Shown: positions 36,536 to 47,942, counted from the stretch's first letter. The stretch: 64,000 nucleotides of DNA from Rhizaria sp. SCN 62-66 (GCA_001724265.1 MEDY01000181.1:1-64000), one strand, 5' to 3'. Notes: generated by a model not told the origin, from the letters alone. Numbers and translations are program-made.

Positions 36536-39500
36536 ATGCGCTCCACCCTTCAACGCTTAGCAGGCGTTCCCTCGGCGATACTGCCGACGTCGGCACTGGC
36601 GAACAGCACTTCTGATGTCGGCCCCGCGCTTCCCCAGACGCAACCCGCCCGGAGCTTCGGCGCTACCTCCGCCTCCGCGTCTGCATCTGCATTCGCGTCA
36701 CATAACAATGCGTCCACAGTGACCGCGGGCCCCGCGTTTATCTCGCGTCCCGCCGCGCTTGCAGCTTTGCCAACCACAACATCAGCGGCGTTCACTGCGA
36801 GCTCAACAAGCCTCGCTGGCTCTGTATTATTGGTGCCGCAGCGCGGTGCCGCCTACGGGGCTGGCAAAGACCGCCGCGGCGGCAGCGGCGGGCGCGTCTC
36901 GGACAAGGTTCCGCCCCGTGGCCACACGCAGCCGCTGACGCCGCGCGCCCGCTTTGACGTCAACGCGCACAGCAAGCGGCAGCAACAACAACAGCAAGGC
37001 GAGAAGCAGCCGCAGCCGCAGTCGGGCGCCCGCTCGGTGGACGTGGACGCAGCCGAGGCAGACGCCGCGCAGTTCGACGCCGTCGTTGCCAACGCCGTGC
37101 CTCTTGACGCGCGTCGCACCAACTCGAACATCAAATCTAGAAAGGGCCGGAGCGACGGCAACGACAGCGACGCCGACGTCGACGTTGCCTACATGCAGCC
37201 CGCGGCCGTGCCGCCTCTGGCCGTCGCGTTGGCGACGCTCTTCCGCGCGCTCTCCGCGCCGTCACTGCCGCCGGTCTCGGCGCGCGCCAAGTCGGAGCGC
37301 GACATCTTCGACGCGCTCGAACACGCCCGCGTCGCGCGCAGCCAAGGGCTGCTGGGCAAGGCGCGCTCGCTGGTGATGAACGCGCTCGACGCCGCGACGG
37401 CCGCGCAGACGCGCTTCATCGACGGGCTTGGCCGTGCCGCTGCGAACGAGGAGCACGCTCGCACGCGTGCGCTCCAGAGCTGGCGTGAGAGCTTCGACGC
37501 CGCGCTGGAACAACTCGCGCGCGCCGAGCTGCCCGGTGCGGCCGAGACCGCCTCCGCCTTTCCGCGCGCGCCGCCCATGCCGCCCGCGGCGCCGCAGCGC
37601 GCGGTGACGGCGGCGGCGACGGCGAAGCTGGCGCGCGCGTGGGGCGTGACGCTGCCGACGCCGCAGCTGTGGGCCGCGGCCGACACGTGCATCGCCGACG
37701 GCGCGCCGCAGGACGTCAACGCCGCCGTGCGTTATCTCCGGCTGCAGGCGCGCGCGCACGCGCTGGCGCTCGCCGCCGCGTCGCCGCCCGCGCCCGCGGA
37801 GCTCGAGGAATACGCCGCCGCCGCGAGGGAATACAACGACGCCGTGGCGCGCTACGAGGCGCTACGGCTTGCACGCGGCGCGCCGCACCAGGGCGCGCAC
37901 CCGCCGCGGCTCATGCCCGAGTCCGCGCTGGCGACCAGTAGCGCCAGTATCAGCAGCGCGGACGGCGAGACCCCGCTTGACTCGCCCGAGGCTGTGGCGG
38001 TGCGCGCGAGCGCGGACTTGACCTCGGCCGGACTGGTGTACCTGACGGCCGCGGCGGCGCGGCGCGGCGCGCTGGACGTGGCCGTGACACTGCTGGACGA
38101 GCTGTTCCCACCGCCCGCCGTGCCGCACCGCTCGCTGCTGACGTACGTGGCGCAGCACGCGGCGCGCGCGCTCGACTACGGCGCTGCTGCGGCGCTGCTG
38201 CGCGTGCTCGAAGCGCGCGGCGAGACTGCGCCGCCGCAGTGGCCCGCGGCCGGAATGGCCGACGCGCTGCTGCAGCGCGTGCGCGCGGACGTGCTCGCCG
38301 CGGAGCGCGCGCGCGCCCGGTCTGCGCAGCGCGCGGCCGCCGCCGTCACGCACGCGCAAAGCGCCGCGGCGCGCGCCGAAGAGGAGGCCGACGCACATGC
38401 CAAGAAGGCCGCCGCCAAGGCCGCGCAGGGCGCTGGCTCGGACGACAAGAGCCAGAGCAGTAGTAACGGCAGCGGCAAGAAGTCAAAGAAAGCAGCCGCA
38501 GCTGCCGCTGCTGAGGCCGCGGAGGCCGCCGAGGCTGTGGAGGGTCACGCATGGGGCGTAGTGCTCGCCGAGGCCTCCGCGCCGACCGCACCTGCGCAGT
38601 CGTTCCGCGCGGCCGTGGAGAGCGTGAGCGCGCACTTGGGCCCCGCGGCGCGGCGTGTGGACCCCACGCCCTTCGTCGACGTCGTCGCCGCCGAGGCCGG
38701 GTATCTGTTCCCGGGCGAGCCCGCGCCCGTGGGCGTCGCGCCGGAGGCCGCGGCAGCGGCGGCGGCGGCGGCAGCCGCGCAGCGCGGCGCGTGGGGCCGC
38801 GAGGCCCTGGCGCTGCTTTGCCGCGTCGAGACGCTGTCGCAGGCGTACTGGCCACAGCCGGCGACAGAGGTCACGGCGCCCGCGCTGCTGCGGCCCGGGA
38901 TCTACGCGCCCGCGCCGCTGCCGGCGTCCGCGCGCGCGACCAACGCCGCGGGCCGCGACGCACTGTCGCGCGCGGTGATCTGGGCCACGCCGATGCTGAC
39001 GGAGGCGCTGTACCTGTCGACGCTGCGCACGCTCGTCGAGGCCAACGCGCCGCTGTCGTACGCGTTCGCCGTGCTGCAGCGCCTCGTTGACTCCGCCGCC
39101 GCGTACGCCGCGCTCAACGAGACGGATCCCTCTGGGGCGGATCCCTCGGCGACATCTCACGCGGACGCGGCGGACGAGGCGTCGCCCTCGAGTTCTTCTC
39201 GCGCGCTGGTGGCGGTGCGCGTGCCTGTGGTGCCGACGGCGGAACACTTCGCGGCGGTGATGACGCTGTGCAGGCAGCACGGCGCGTGGGACGCCGCGAT
39301 GGCGCTCTTCGTCGCGATGGACAGCGGCATGCGCCAACTGCTGCCCTCTACGCCGTTGCCACCGACGTCTGTGGAGGACGATGCCGCGAAGAGGTCGGCT
39401 AATCTGCAGCGACAACAACCGCAGATGCCGCCACAGCAGTTGCAGCAGGCGGTGCTCTGGGGCGAGGGCTCCGGCGCGGCGGCACTGTCGCAGGCCCTGA

Positions 39501-42500
39501 TCGAGCGGCACACGTACATCGTGCGCCCCGCGACCTTCGGCAACGCGTTGCTCAACGTCAACTCCGCGGCACGCGCGCTCGCCGCCACGCAGTGCGCCAC
39601 GCACTCCGCAGACTCACGGCCGCAGTTGGCGCCGGCGTCGGCGAGTGCGGTTGCGTTTGTAGCGCAGCCTCAGCTGTATTCGGTCGCTAAGTCGCCCACC
39701 GTGCTGTCGCTGGCGATCGAGGCGTGCCACCACTTGTCGCTGCCGTCGCTATCGTACGCGCTCACCGTCGCGCTTAAGTCCGCCGTCGTGGCCGAGAAAG
39801 CGCTGCTGGCGCGCCGCACGCTCGAGGCCGACTTGGCCGCCGCGGTGCGCGCTGTGGACCGCCGCTTGGTGTCCTCGCACGGCGGTCACCACACGCCCAC
39901 ACGTGGACTCGGCTCACGCAACAACAACAAAAGCCGCGGTTGTCGCACGGATGACGTCGACGCCGATCACGCTGAGGACGACGAAGACGTGGACATGACG
40001 CCGATGCGCGTGGTGCTGGTGACTGACAGGGCGCTCTTGGCGCCGGATGGCGTGGTGCTGCGCCCCGGCACCTCCACGTCAATCTCCCGCGGCACAGCGC
40101 GCTTGCTCGCGCATCTCGACGGGATTTACCGCGCGCGCTTGCTGGTGCCCGTGTGCACGGTCCAGGCACTGCCGCACGTGGTGAGCTCGCAGCCCGCGAT
40201 CCGGAATCACAGCTTCGCCATTCCTGGGTCCGCTTCACGCGCGGTGGCTCCCGCGACTGCGGCGCCTGTGATGGGGTCGACCACATTTGCACTCAACTCG
40301 CCCGTGCGCTTCCTTGTCATCGAGGCCGTGCTGAGCCAGCTGCAGGCCAACTGGCGCCGTCTGCGCTCGCATGCGCGCACTATTGCGCAGCTCACTGGCC
40401 GGCTTGCTGCCGACGTCAACGACGCCGTGACGGCTTCGCAAGCCGTGGCCGCTGGCACGGCGGATCCTGCGACAGTGCGCGCGGCGGCGACACTTGTGTT
40501 GGTTCCGGGCCCCGCGGGCGGACCCGCGCGCGTGGCCGTTGCGGCCGTCAACGCAGACACGCTGCTTGATGCACTGCGCATTGATAACCACATCTTCGAC
40601 AACCGCGGCGTGCGCCCTTCGCTGCGCAGCCCGAACTCGCCCCCCGTGGCGTCGGCCTACGTTGATGCAGAGGACGACAGCTCGCTGCCGAGCATCGGAC
40701 TTAACACCGCCGACGCGGATAACAGCATCAGTGATGACGCCGACACCGACGCCGCGCGCGCCGTCAACGCGTTTGCGGAGCCGCGCGCTGCGGCAGCACG
40801 AATTGCGGCTGCTCGAAGCATCGCGCAGCGCCGCAGTGGCCGCGGAAACGTTCACACTATCGACACTGAGGCAGTGTTGATTGAAGAGGCGAGCGCCGAC
40901 GCTGAGGCCGACCGTGCCGCTGCGACCGCGCATTCTGCCGCCGAGAGCCCCGACGCGAGCGCCAGTGCCGCCGACCCGTTTGCGGGCACGCTGGCCGCTG
41001 AAGGCAGCGCGGACGCGTATGCAGCCGCGGATTCTGCCGCGCGCAGTGGCGACAGCCCGTGCATGCCGTCAATGGCACAGTGGTTGGCGCAGGCCGCGGC
41101 ATCCGAGGCCAGCGCGCGCGCGCAGCAGCGGCCGCCCACGATGGGCGCCGAGGACCTGTCCGCCGCCGTGACCGCCGCGCTGTCCGCAGGCGGGCGCTCT
41201 TCCCGCGCGCCGCAGGCCAACGCGCACCACGGCGGGACGCGGCACGCGGGCTCGGGCACGTGGGTGGACGCGCGGGGCCGCACGCGCCGCGCCCCGCGCG
41301 CGCTGTGGACGCAGCAGTCGATGCTCAACACTCTACTGCGCGACGCCGTGGTGAGCCGCGCACAGCGCGCGCGCGCGCTTGACGAGGACGCCTCGACGGT
41401 CGAGGAGCTCGCGCTCGACGCGCAACTCGCCACGGCGCTGCGCTTTGCCGTCGCCACGTGGGGCGTGCGCCGCGGGCTCGAAGCGAGCGTTGTCACGGCC
41501 TTTGTCATGTTCCGCGCGCTGCTGGCTAACTTTAACGCCGCGTTCGCCGCGACGGCTGGGCTAGCGCCACAGGACACGCTTGCGCAGCGGCTCCCGCTGC
41601 AGCCGCGCGTGTACTACGCCGGCCGCCGCGGCGCGCTGCTGGCGCACGTGGGGCCGCAGTTCGTGCTCTCGGTCGCGCCAGTCACGCTCGCGGCCGTGCG
41701 CGCCGCTGTGTCGCTGAGCGACTTTGCGCTGGTGCATCACGCGCTGACCAAGCTCGACTCGTTCCTCGTCAGCCACCCGGAGTTGAGCAACAACGCGATC
41801 TTCGCGAACCCGCGCGCGGCGGCGGTCCCGCCCTCGGAGCTGGCCGCCGCCGCCGCCACGGCGCGCATTGACCGCAGCTTCATTACTGTTGATGCTGGCG
41901 GCGCACGGTCCGTGCGCGGTGCGCAGAGCACCACGCTCTCGCCGATGCCGCCCGCGGCTGCGCGCTTTAAGGCGCTTTGGATCAGCGCCGCGCCTACCAG
42001 TGCGGTCGCCACTGATGCTAATGTCATTCCATCCGCTAATCCCAGGCTTCCGGCTTATCCCAGTCTATTGTCGGCGGTGGGTTTCGCGCCTTTCCCGTCC
42101 ATGCAGCGCGTGACGCAGATGCCGCAGGCGGTGCCGATGCCGTCCGCTGCCGCTGCAGCAGTGACAGCGTCCACTGCCGCCGCGGCGGGGTCGGCGTTGA
42201 TGCTGCCGTCGCGGCCGTGGCGCGACCTGTCCGTGCCGCTGGCGCCGTGGGAGCGCCCCACGTCGGCGGTGCTGGAGGCGCTGTGGACGCTGCGCCGCGA
42301 GGCGTACGTCGAAGCCATCGCGGGCTGCGCTGGCGAGCGCGTGAACTCGGACGCCGACGCGGGCTCGCTTGCTGTGCTATACTTCACCGAGATGCGCGTC
42401 AACGCGATGCTCTACGCGCAGCGCGTGGACCACACGCACCAGGTCCGCACGTTTAACTTCCTCAACAAGAACACCGTGGACAACCCGCGTTTGCTGACCT

Positions 42501-45500
42501 CCGGCCTCAACATGTACTCGCGCGCCGCCGTCGGCGCCGGCCCCTCTGCCGACGCACAGTCTGGCCTGAGCAACGGCAGCGGCAGTGGCAACAACGCGAG
42601 GCCTGCATTGCTGGGGCTGATGGCAGACCGTTCGCGCGGCGCTGACCAGGCGCTGGAGCGCGTGGCCGAGGGGCGCGCGCGCGAGGAGCGGCGTCTGGGC
42701 ATGGTGCCCGTCGCGGGCGCTGGCATCGCATCCGGCGACAAGTGGCGTGCAGACATTGAGCGCCGGGTGCGCGACGTGCTTGGTCAGACCCCCGCCGTCG
42801 CTGCTGATGCGGGCGCCACGAACGCGGCTGCCGGCTCAGACGCGGGCGCGGGCGCGGGGAGATCAGCACTGACGACCACAGACAGTGGCGGCGCGAGCAA
42901 GGCTAGTAAGTTGAACCGCGCGAACCCGTTCGACACGCCGTCGCACATTGACCTCTCGCACGTCGACGGCATGCGGCCCGACGTCGCCGTTATTACCGCG
43001 CTGCTGCACGCGCTCGCCCGGTCCGCGCCCGTCGGCGTGCTTGCCGCCGTGCCGCTGGGCGACGCGACCGCGCAGGCCGACGTGGCGGCTGCGGCGGCGA
43101 TGCGGCGCGCGTCGATGGCGTCGCTCGCGGCGCGCGTGTGGCGCGATACGCTCGAGCTTGCGCTTACGCCCGCGCACACCGCGTCGGTGCTCACTGGCGC
43201 GGCGCTCACGAGCGACCCGCGCGCGCCTGCGGGCTTCCCCGGTCTCGGCTTGCCCGCGCCGCGCCCCACGGCCAAGCAGCTCGCGGCTGCAATGGCCGTA
43301 GTGACGGCTTCGCTGACACCCTCGCAGTCGGCGCTCGCCGCGTTCATCGACCGCTGCGTCGCCAGCGGACTCGTCACTGATGGCGGCCTGCTCTGCGAGC
43401 AGCCCAGCGCTGCCGCTGCCGCGCCGCGCCTCGTCGGTGAGCAGGAGATGCTGCGCGCCGCCGAAGCCGTTGATGCCGCCGCTGCTGCTGCGAAGAAGCC
43501 CATGGTGTCCGCAAACGACGCCGCAGACAGCAACGCGACGGTGAACTCGATGCCTCTGGTGTTTGCCAACACGTTGACAATCCCGCAACTGTCGCGCGCG
43601 CCCGAAGACGCTGCGCTCGATCCATACTCGTGCCTTGTGCGCTCGCCGCTCTTCACGGCGGTGCCGCGCGAACACGCTACTAATACGTCTGACGAGAGTG
43701 CCGGCACACTCGCGCTGCCGTTCACTTTCCACTTGCAGGACGAGCTTTTCACTGCAGGTGCGCTGCAGCAGTTGGAATTCGCCACTATTCTCACATCGCA
43801 GTACGCCGGCGCAGTCACGCCGGTGCCCGACGCCGCGACCAACGGATATTCGCTGGCTTGGCTCGACGACGGCAGCGCGGCGGCCGGACGCTCCAAGTCG
43901 GTCGGCGACGCCCTGCGCTCGCGCGCTGCCGTCTCGGCTGCGATCACCACTGCGGGCGCGATGATGCTCAACGCCACCCGCGGTTACACGCCCGGCTCAC
44001 ACAGCCAAGACAGCACGCTGGGCGCCATTTCGGCGGTGATGGACGGTCTGGCCACGCGCATGCTCGCAGGCACCTACGCCGCGGGCCTTTGCACGCCGGA
44101 CGCCGATGGCGTCCCTTTGCTTGCAGGCGTGCAGCCGCCACTGCCGGACCTGCGTGCCGTGTCGTCGTGGCATGCGCTGAGCCCGGGCCCGCTGGCGCCG
44201 ATTCCCCCTGGCATGCCGCACCCGCTGCCCGCGGCGCCGGGACTGGATGCGCCTGTTCACCCGCAGGCGCGCTTCTTCGCGGCTTGGCTTTCGGCGCCGC
44301 AGCGGCCAGCGCTGCTGCCACAGGTCGCAACCTTCTCGGCCGCTATCGCGGCGCTTAACAAGGCCAGTCTCACTCTTAACACGCAATCTGACAACGCGAA
44401 CTCAAAGTCGACGCCGATCCCGGCCTCAAGCCAGCCCAAGGGCGGGTCTGCGCTTGCGCGCCAGGCGCTGGCGGCGTTTGTGGGCATGCAGGGCGCGCCG
44501 TTTGGCTATCTGCCGTCGCTGCGCGCTGTCGGCGCGGCCGTGCAGTCAGCCGCGCTGACGGGCGACATGCCTATGGCCTTCCGGCTGTGGCTTACGTACA
44601 TCCATGGCGCGTTTACGTGCTTTCTCTCCGCGCGCCCGCGTGCCGTGCGCAGCCTCAGTGCGGCGACTGACGCGTTCCTGTCGTCAATCGCTGGCCGCAA
44701 CTCCGCTGCCGCTGCCGCTGAGGATGCGCACCAGGGCGGTATGCTGCACGTGCCGTTCCCGTCGGACCTGCAGGTGGCGATGCTGTTCGCAGCGGACCCG
44801 TCGCCTCGCGCAGACAGCACGACTTCGACACGCGCGCCGCCGCTGGCGCCAGAACTGCCTGTGCGCGCGTCTGCCCAGTCAGCGTCCGCGTTGCGGCGCG
44901 ACTTCCCGATGACGGCGCCGCTGCCGATCACGCCGCGCCTGCAACGTCTGACGCTGTCGGACCTGCGTCCGACCCTTGCCTTTGCGCGCGCCGTCGCCCG
45001 TGGGCGCGTGCGGCCGGGCCAGTTCCCCACGGCCGCGGGCCGCGGCGCGTCGCCTACGCGGCTCAGCGTGGGACGCGCGTCGGTCGAGGCCGCGGTGCCG
45101 CCAGCGCGCGTGCCGGACCTGTCGGCCAACAGCATGATGCAGCGCGCGGTCGATGCGCCGATGTCGTTGCCGACTGTGACCAGGAACCTCATGAATGTGT
45201 TCCTAACGCATCAGGATACGGCTTCTGCCGAAGCTCTTGCGCTCTCGCTGCTGCGCCTCGAGACTCTCTTCATTGCGGACGCGTCGCGTCGCGCGAGCTC
45301 GCTGTTGGGTGGACTCTACGACGCACTTTTCGCACTCGGGCGCTGTCAAGAGTTTGCGACACGCCGAGCGCGCATTCAAAGTGCTCTGGGTTTAGCGGGC
45401 ACGCGAGGGATGCATGCACCGCCTCAGAGCAAGAATTCAAGTGATGAGTCCATTTCGCCGCGTGCCGCTTACTCGGCGCTGCTGCCCGAGCTTCACCGTG

Positions 45501-47176
45501 CAGCGCGCGCGCTGGATCGTGCCCCGGGGTTGGTCAATGACGACACGGGCGGCTTTAGCTCTGGCGCCGCGCGGCTGGCCTCGGCCATGCTGCGTGCGCT
45601 GCAGAATGAGGGCATGATTACGAGTACTCACGAGCTTACCTCTAAGTTTATCGGTCAGCGGGATGTTAGCGCAGGCGCGTTGCGCCACTTTGTGCGCGAG
45701 CACAAGGAGGCTGTCATCAAGAGCGCGCTCGAATACGTAATTGCATCGCTGCGGCAGCGCTGCGCTGATCGGTTTGTGGACCGCTCGACACTGCAACGCC
45801 TAGTTGCGCTGCATGAGTCCAAGGCGAGGGGCGCGCTTTGGCGGGCACAGAACGGCAGTGGCGCAGATGCTGCCGGTAAGGGCAAGAGCCCGACGGCTAA
45901 GCCCGCGTCCACCGCTGCCGTCGCTGCGATGACCGCGGATCTGGCGGACTCAGAGAAGCTCAACACACTCGCTGTTGCGCACCGGCTGCGCGCGCGCTCT
46001 CTGCTGCTGATGGGCGTGGAGCGTGGCATGTTCCCGTACTGGACCATGTCCGGCGTTGGTGGCTCCGTCTTTGCCGACCTGCCGTTGGGCTCAGTACTAC
46101 TAGAGCTGCACGGCATGCATCGTGTCACGACCACCATGCTCGTGCGCCACGCGCTCGACGACCTTTACCACACGTTCGTCGCCGGCGCGCGTCGCCACGG
46201 CAAGCAGCCCAACGGCCGCGACGCGCACGACGCGGCGAGCGCGATGGCCGCAGCGGCTGCTACGGCGGGTGGCAGCGCGCTAGACAACACGCTCTTCTCC
46301 ACGCCAGACCTCTCGCTGAGTCTCGCCGTGACCAGCGGTGGCGTGTGCTTCAACGTCGGCAAGGGCCGTGGAGACCGCCCCGGCGTGCTGCGCGTGCTTG
46401 TGCGCCTTATGCTCTGCGAGTACACGTCTCCGCCGCTGGCGTCCGTGGCGCCGCTGGCCACTAACCTCGGTGTGCTGCACATCACCGCGAAGGACATGGG
46501 CGACTGGCTCGCGCAGCGCGCGGCGATGGCGCACGCGGACGGCTCCGGCGGCGTGCCAGCGTCTGTTGCGGCATCATACCTCGCGTGGCTGCGCGGCGAC
46601 ATGCCGGCCCGCGACTCAGCCCGCGGCAAGAGCTTGGCGCACGACGTGGCGGATCCGGTCATCTCTGGCACAGGGCCCAGCGCCGCGATCGAGAAGCTCG
46701 ATGCCATCGACGCGGCCGGGCTGGCTGCGCTCGTGTCGGGCTCCACCGAGGCCGACACGCAGGTGCGCACCGGCGCCGCCTCGTTTGAAAACGACGACGA
46801 TGACAACTCGCTGGACGCCTTCTTCGGCGCAGTTGGCTCCAGCGCCCGCAAGAGCGACGGCGGCGCGGCTGGGTCGCCGTTACTGCGGCACGGCAGGGAC
46901 GGCGCGGCCGAAATGCTGCAGTCGCTGGCGCGCGACAACTTCCCCGTCGGCACTGCGGAGGATGAGGTCGACGAGGGCAGCGACTTTGACGAGGACGACG
47001 GCGAGAGCGACGGGCACGATGGGGATTACAGCAGCAGCAACGCAGCAGCGACTGTGAAGCTCGATGTGCGCGCGCTCGCGAATCGCAGCAACGTTGACGT
47101 GACTGCTGCTGCGCTGTCTTGGGGCTCAGGTGTGGGTGAGGAGGACGAACTGCTCGCGTCGCTCAAGCGCAAGTAA
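36536..47176 (+). CDS. Very large (3546 aa) intronless protein with scattered degenerate PPR-like repeats and a C-terminal Smr-like domain
   Basis: PPR-like units: PTAEHFAAVMTLCRQHGAWDAAMALFVAM, MRPDVAVITALLHALAR, LPQVATFSAAIAALNK, PSLRAVGAAVQSAALTGDMPMAFRLW. Smr-like: LLELHGM...FNVGKGRG...VLRVLVRLML...NLGVLHITAKDMGDWL. Transit-peptide-like start; stop TAA. Confidence 0.65.
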   Translation: MRSTLQRLAGVPSAILPTSALANSTSDVGPALPQTQPARSFGATSASASASAFASHNNASTVTAGPAFISRPAALAALPTTTSAAFTASSTSLAGSVLLVPQRGAAYGAGKDRRGGSGGRVSDKVPPRGHTQPLTPRARFDVNAHSKRQQQQQQGEKQPQPQSGARSVDVDAAEADAAQFDAVVANAVPLDARRTNSNIKSRKGRSDGNDSDADVDVAYMQPAAVPPLAVALATLFRALSAPSLPPVSARAKSERDIFDALEHARVARSQGLLGKARSLVMNALDAATAAQTRFIDGLGRAAANEEHARTRALQSWRESFDAALEQLARAELPGAAETASAFPRAPPMPPAAPQRAVTAAATAKLARAWGVTLPTPQLWAAADTCIADGAPQDVNAAVRYLRLQARAHALALAAASPPAPAELEEYAAAAREYNDAVARYEALRLARGAPHQGAHPPRLMPESALATSSASISSADGETPLDSPEAVAVRASADLTSAGLVYLTAAAARRGALDVAVTLLDELFPPPAVPHRSLLTYVAQHAARALDYGAAAALLRVLEARGETAPPQWPAAGMADALLQRVRADVLAAERARARSAQRAAAAVTHAQSAAARAEEEADAHAKKAAAKAAQGAGSDDKSQSSSNGSGKKSKKAAAAAAAEAAEAAEAVEGHAWGVVLAEASAPTAPAQSFRAAVESVSAHLGPAARRVDPTPFVDVVAAEAGYLFPGEPAPVGVAPEAAAAAAAAAAAQRGAWGREALALLCRVETLSQAYWPQPATEVTAPALLRPGIYAPAPLPASARATNAAGRDALSRAVIWATPMLTEALYLSTLRTLVEANAPLSYAFAVLQRLVDSAAAYAALNETDPSGADPSATSHADAADEASPSSSSRALVAVRVPVVPTAEHFAAVMTLCRQHGAWDAAMALFVAMDSGMRQLLPSTPLPPTSVEDDAAKRSANLQRQQPQMPPQQLQQAVLWGEGSGAAALSQALIERHTYIVRPATFGNALLNVNSAARALAATQCATHSADSRPQLAPASASAVAFVAQPQLYSVAKSPTVLSLAIEACHHLSLPSLSYALTVALKSAVVAEKALLARRTLEADLAAAVRAVDRRLVSSHGGHHTPTRGLGSRNNNKSRGCRTDDVDADHAEDDEDVDMTPMRVVLVTDRALLAPDGVVLRPGTSTSISRGTARLLAHLDGIYRARLLVPVCTVQALPHVVSSQPAIRNHSFAIPGSASRAVAPATAAPVMGSTTFALNSPVRFLVIEAVLSQLQANWRRLRSHARTIAQLTGRLAADVNDAVTASQAVAAGTADPATVRAAATLVLVPGPAGGPARVAVAAVNADTLLDALRIDNHIFDNRGVRPSLRSPNSPPVASAYVDAEDDSSLPSIGLNTADADNSISDDADTDAARAVNAFAEPRAAAARIAAARSIAQRRSGRGNVHTIDTEAVLIEEASADAEADRAAATAHSAAESPDASASAADPFAGTLAAEGSADAYAAADSAARSGDSPCMPSMAQWLAQAAASEASARAQQRPPTMGAEDLSAAVTAALSAGGRSSRAPQANAHHGGTRHAGSGTWVDARGRTRRAPRALWTQQSMLNTLLRDAVVSRAQRARALDEDASTVEELALDAQLATALRFAVATWGVRRGLEASVVTAFVMFRALLANFNAAFAATAGLAPQDTLAQRLPLQPRVYYAGRRGALLAHVGPQFVLSVAPVTLAAVRAAVSLSDFALVHHALTKLDSFLVSHPELSNNAIFANPRAAAVPPSELAAAAATARIDRSFITVDAGGARSVRGAQSTTLSPMPPAAARFKALWISAAPTSAVATDANVIPSANPRLPAYPSLLSAVGFAPFPSMQRVTQMPQAVPMPSAAAAAVTASTAAAAGSALMLPSRPWRDLSVPLAPWERPTSAVLEALWTLRREAYVEAIAGCAGERVNSDADAGSLAVLYFTEMRVNAMLYAQRVDHTHQVRTFNFLNKNTVDNPRLLTSGLNMYSRAAVGAGPSADAQSGLSNGSGSGNNARPALLGLMADRSRGADQALERVAEGRAREERRLGMVPVAGAGIASGDKWRADIERRVRDVLGQTPAVAADAGATNAAAGSDAGAGAGRSALTTTDSGGASKASKLNRANPFDTPSHIDLSHVDGMRPDVAVITALLHALARSAPVGVLAAVPLGDATAQADVAAAAAMRRASMASLAARVWRDTLELALTPAHTASVLTGAALTSDPRAPAGFPGLGLPAPRPTAKQLAAAMAVVTASLTPSQSALAAFIDRCVASGLVTDGGLLCEQPSAAAAAPRLVGEQEMLRAAEAVDAAAAAAKKPMVSANDAADSNATVNSMPLVFANTLTIPQLSRAPEDAALDPYSCLVRSPLFTAVPREHATNTSDESAGTLALPFTFHLQDELFTAGALQQLEFATILTSQYAGAVTPVPDAATNGYSLAWLDDGSAAAGRSKSVGDALRSRAAVSAAITTAGAMMLNATRGYTPGSHSQDSTLGAISAVMDGLATRMLAGTYAAGLCTPDADGVPLLAGVQPPLPDLRAVSSWHALSPGPLAPIPPGMPHPLPAAPGLDAPVHPQARFFAAWLSAPQRPALLPQVATFSAAIAALNKASLTLNTQSDNANSKSTPIPASSQPKGGSALARQALAAFVGMQGAPFGYLPSLRAVGAAVQSAALTGDMPMAFRLWLTYIHGAFTCFLSARPRAVRSLSAATDAFLSSIAGRNSAAAAAEDAHQGGMLHVPFPSDLQVAMLFAADPSPRADSTTSTRAPPLAPELPVRASAQSASALRRDFPMTAPLPITPRLQRLTLSDLRPTLAFARAVARGRVRPGQFPTAAGRGASPTRLSVGRASVEAAVPPARVPDLSANSMMQRAVDAPMSLPTVTRNLMNVFLTHQDTASAEALALSLLRLETLFIADASRRASSLLGGLYDALFALGRCQEFATRRARIQSALGLAGTRGMHAPPQSKNSSDESISPRAAYSALLPELHRAARALDRAPGLVNDDTGGFSSGAARLASAMLRALQNEGMITSTHELTSKFIGQRDVSAGALRHFVREHKEAVIKSALEYVIASLRQRCADRFVDRSTLQRLVALHESKARGALWRAQNGSGADAAGKGKSPTAKPASTAAVAAMTADLADSEKLNTLAVAHRLRARSLLLMGVERGMFPYWTMSGVGGSVFADLPLGSVLLELHGMHRVTTTMLVRHALDDLYHTFVAGARRHGKQPNGRDAHDAASAMAAAAATAGGSALDNTLFSTPDLSLSLAVTSGGVCFNVGKGRGDRPGVLRVLVRLMLCEYTSPPLASVAPLATNLGVLHITAKDMGDWLAQRAAMAHADGSGGVPASVAASYLAWLRGDMPARDSARGKSLAHDVADPVISGTGPSAAIEKLDAIDAAGLAALVSGSTEADTQVRTGAASFENDDDDNSLDAFFGAVGSSARKSDGGAAGSPLLRHGRDGAAEMLQSLARDNFPVGTAEDEVDEGSDFDEDDGESDGHDGDYSSSNAAATVKLDVRALANRSNVDVTAAALSWGSGVGEEDELLASLKRK

Positions 47177-47651
47177 TAATTATTCAACTTTTCATGATTA
47201 TTTATTGACGGCAACAAACATATTAAATACCTGCGCGTTTTGAGATGGGCACCCAAAGACTTATGACTGGCGTTGGATTTTTTTTTAAAGTCATGACACA
47301 TCTTTTCTTATATCTAAGACTGACTGTGATTAGGTCAACTTTGACATAACTTTGAACTGTTTCATCAAAGTTAAAAGAATCGCGGTAAGAAAAAAAGCTT
47401 CCGGTGCCCTTGGGTGCCACTCTCAAAACGCTCAAATACACATTAATTTATTAAGCTCATGAATGTGTCCGTGAGTTATGATTGAGTTGCGATAGTTGTA
47501 AACAATCAATTAGTTTGTATTTGATCACAAAGGGCAATAGTGCACAAGCCCTTGCTTCGACATATCAGGAACAATGACGGGTTTTCACGAGCGACGCTGT
47601 TGATGATGGTGATTGATAGATGTACAATGTGCGTTGAAAAGGCTGTGGCGC

Positions 47652-47942
47652 TTAGAAGTAGGCGATCTCCTCGTCGGCCTTGATCTCCTTCTGGTCCGCG
47701 AGCTCGACGGAGCCGTCGAGCTGGCGGTAAACACGGGCGGCGTAGAACTTGGAGCCGACCTTAATCTTGATGAAGAAGTTCATGCCAGCGACTACCTGGG
47801 ACTTGTAGTTAACGATGTTCTCGGCACTGACATCGGCGGCGTTAGCGCCGATAGCCTCCGCGAACGCGGACGAAATCTTGGCGAAGACACCCTTGACAGT
47901 GTCGTCAGCAGCGTGAGCAGCACCAGTACCACCACAGAGCAT
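47652..47942 (-). CDS. Type-1 cystatin (stefin-like cysteine protease inhibitor), 96 aa
   Basis: N-terminal MLCGG, QVVAG motif (YKSQVVAGMNFFIKIKV), C-terminal EEIAYF, no signal peptide; stop TAA. Confidence 0.92.
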   Translation of the reverse strand: MLCGGTGAAHAADDTVKGVFAKISSAFAEAIGANAADVSAENIVNYKSQVVAGMNFFIKIKVGSKFYAARVYRQLDGSVELADQKEIKADEEIAYF

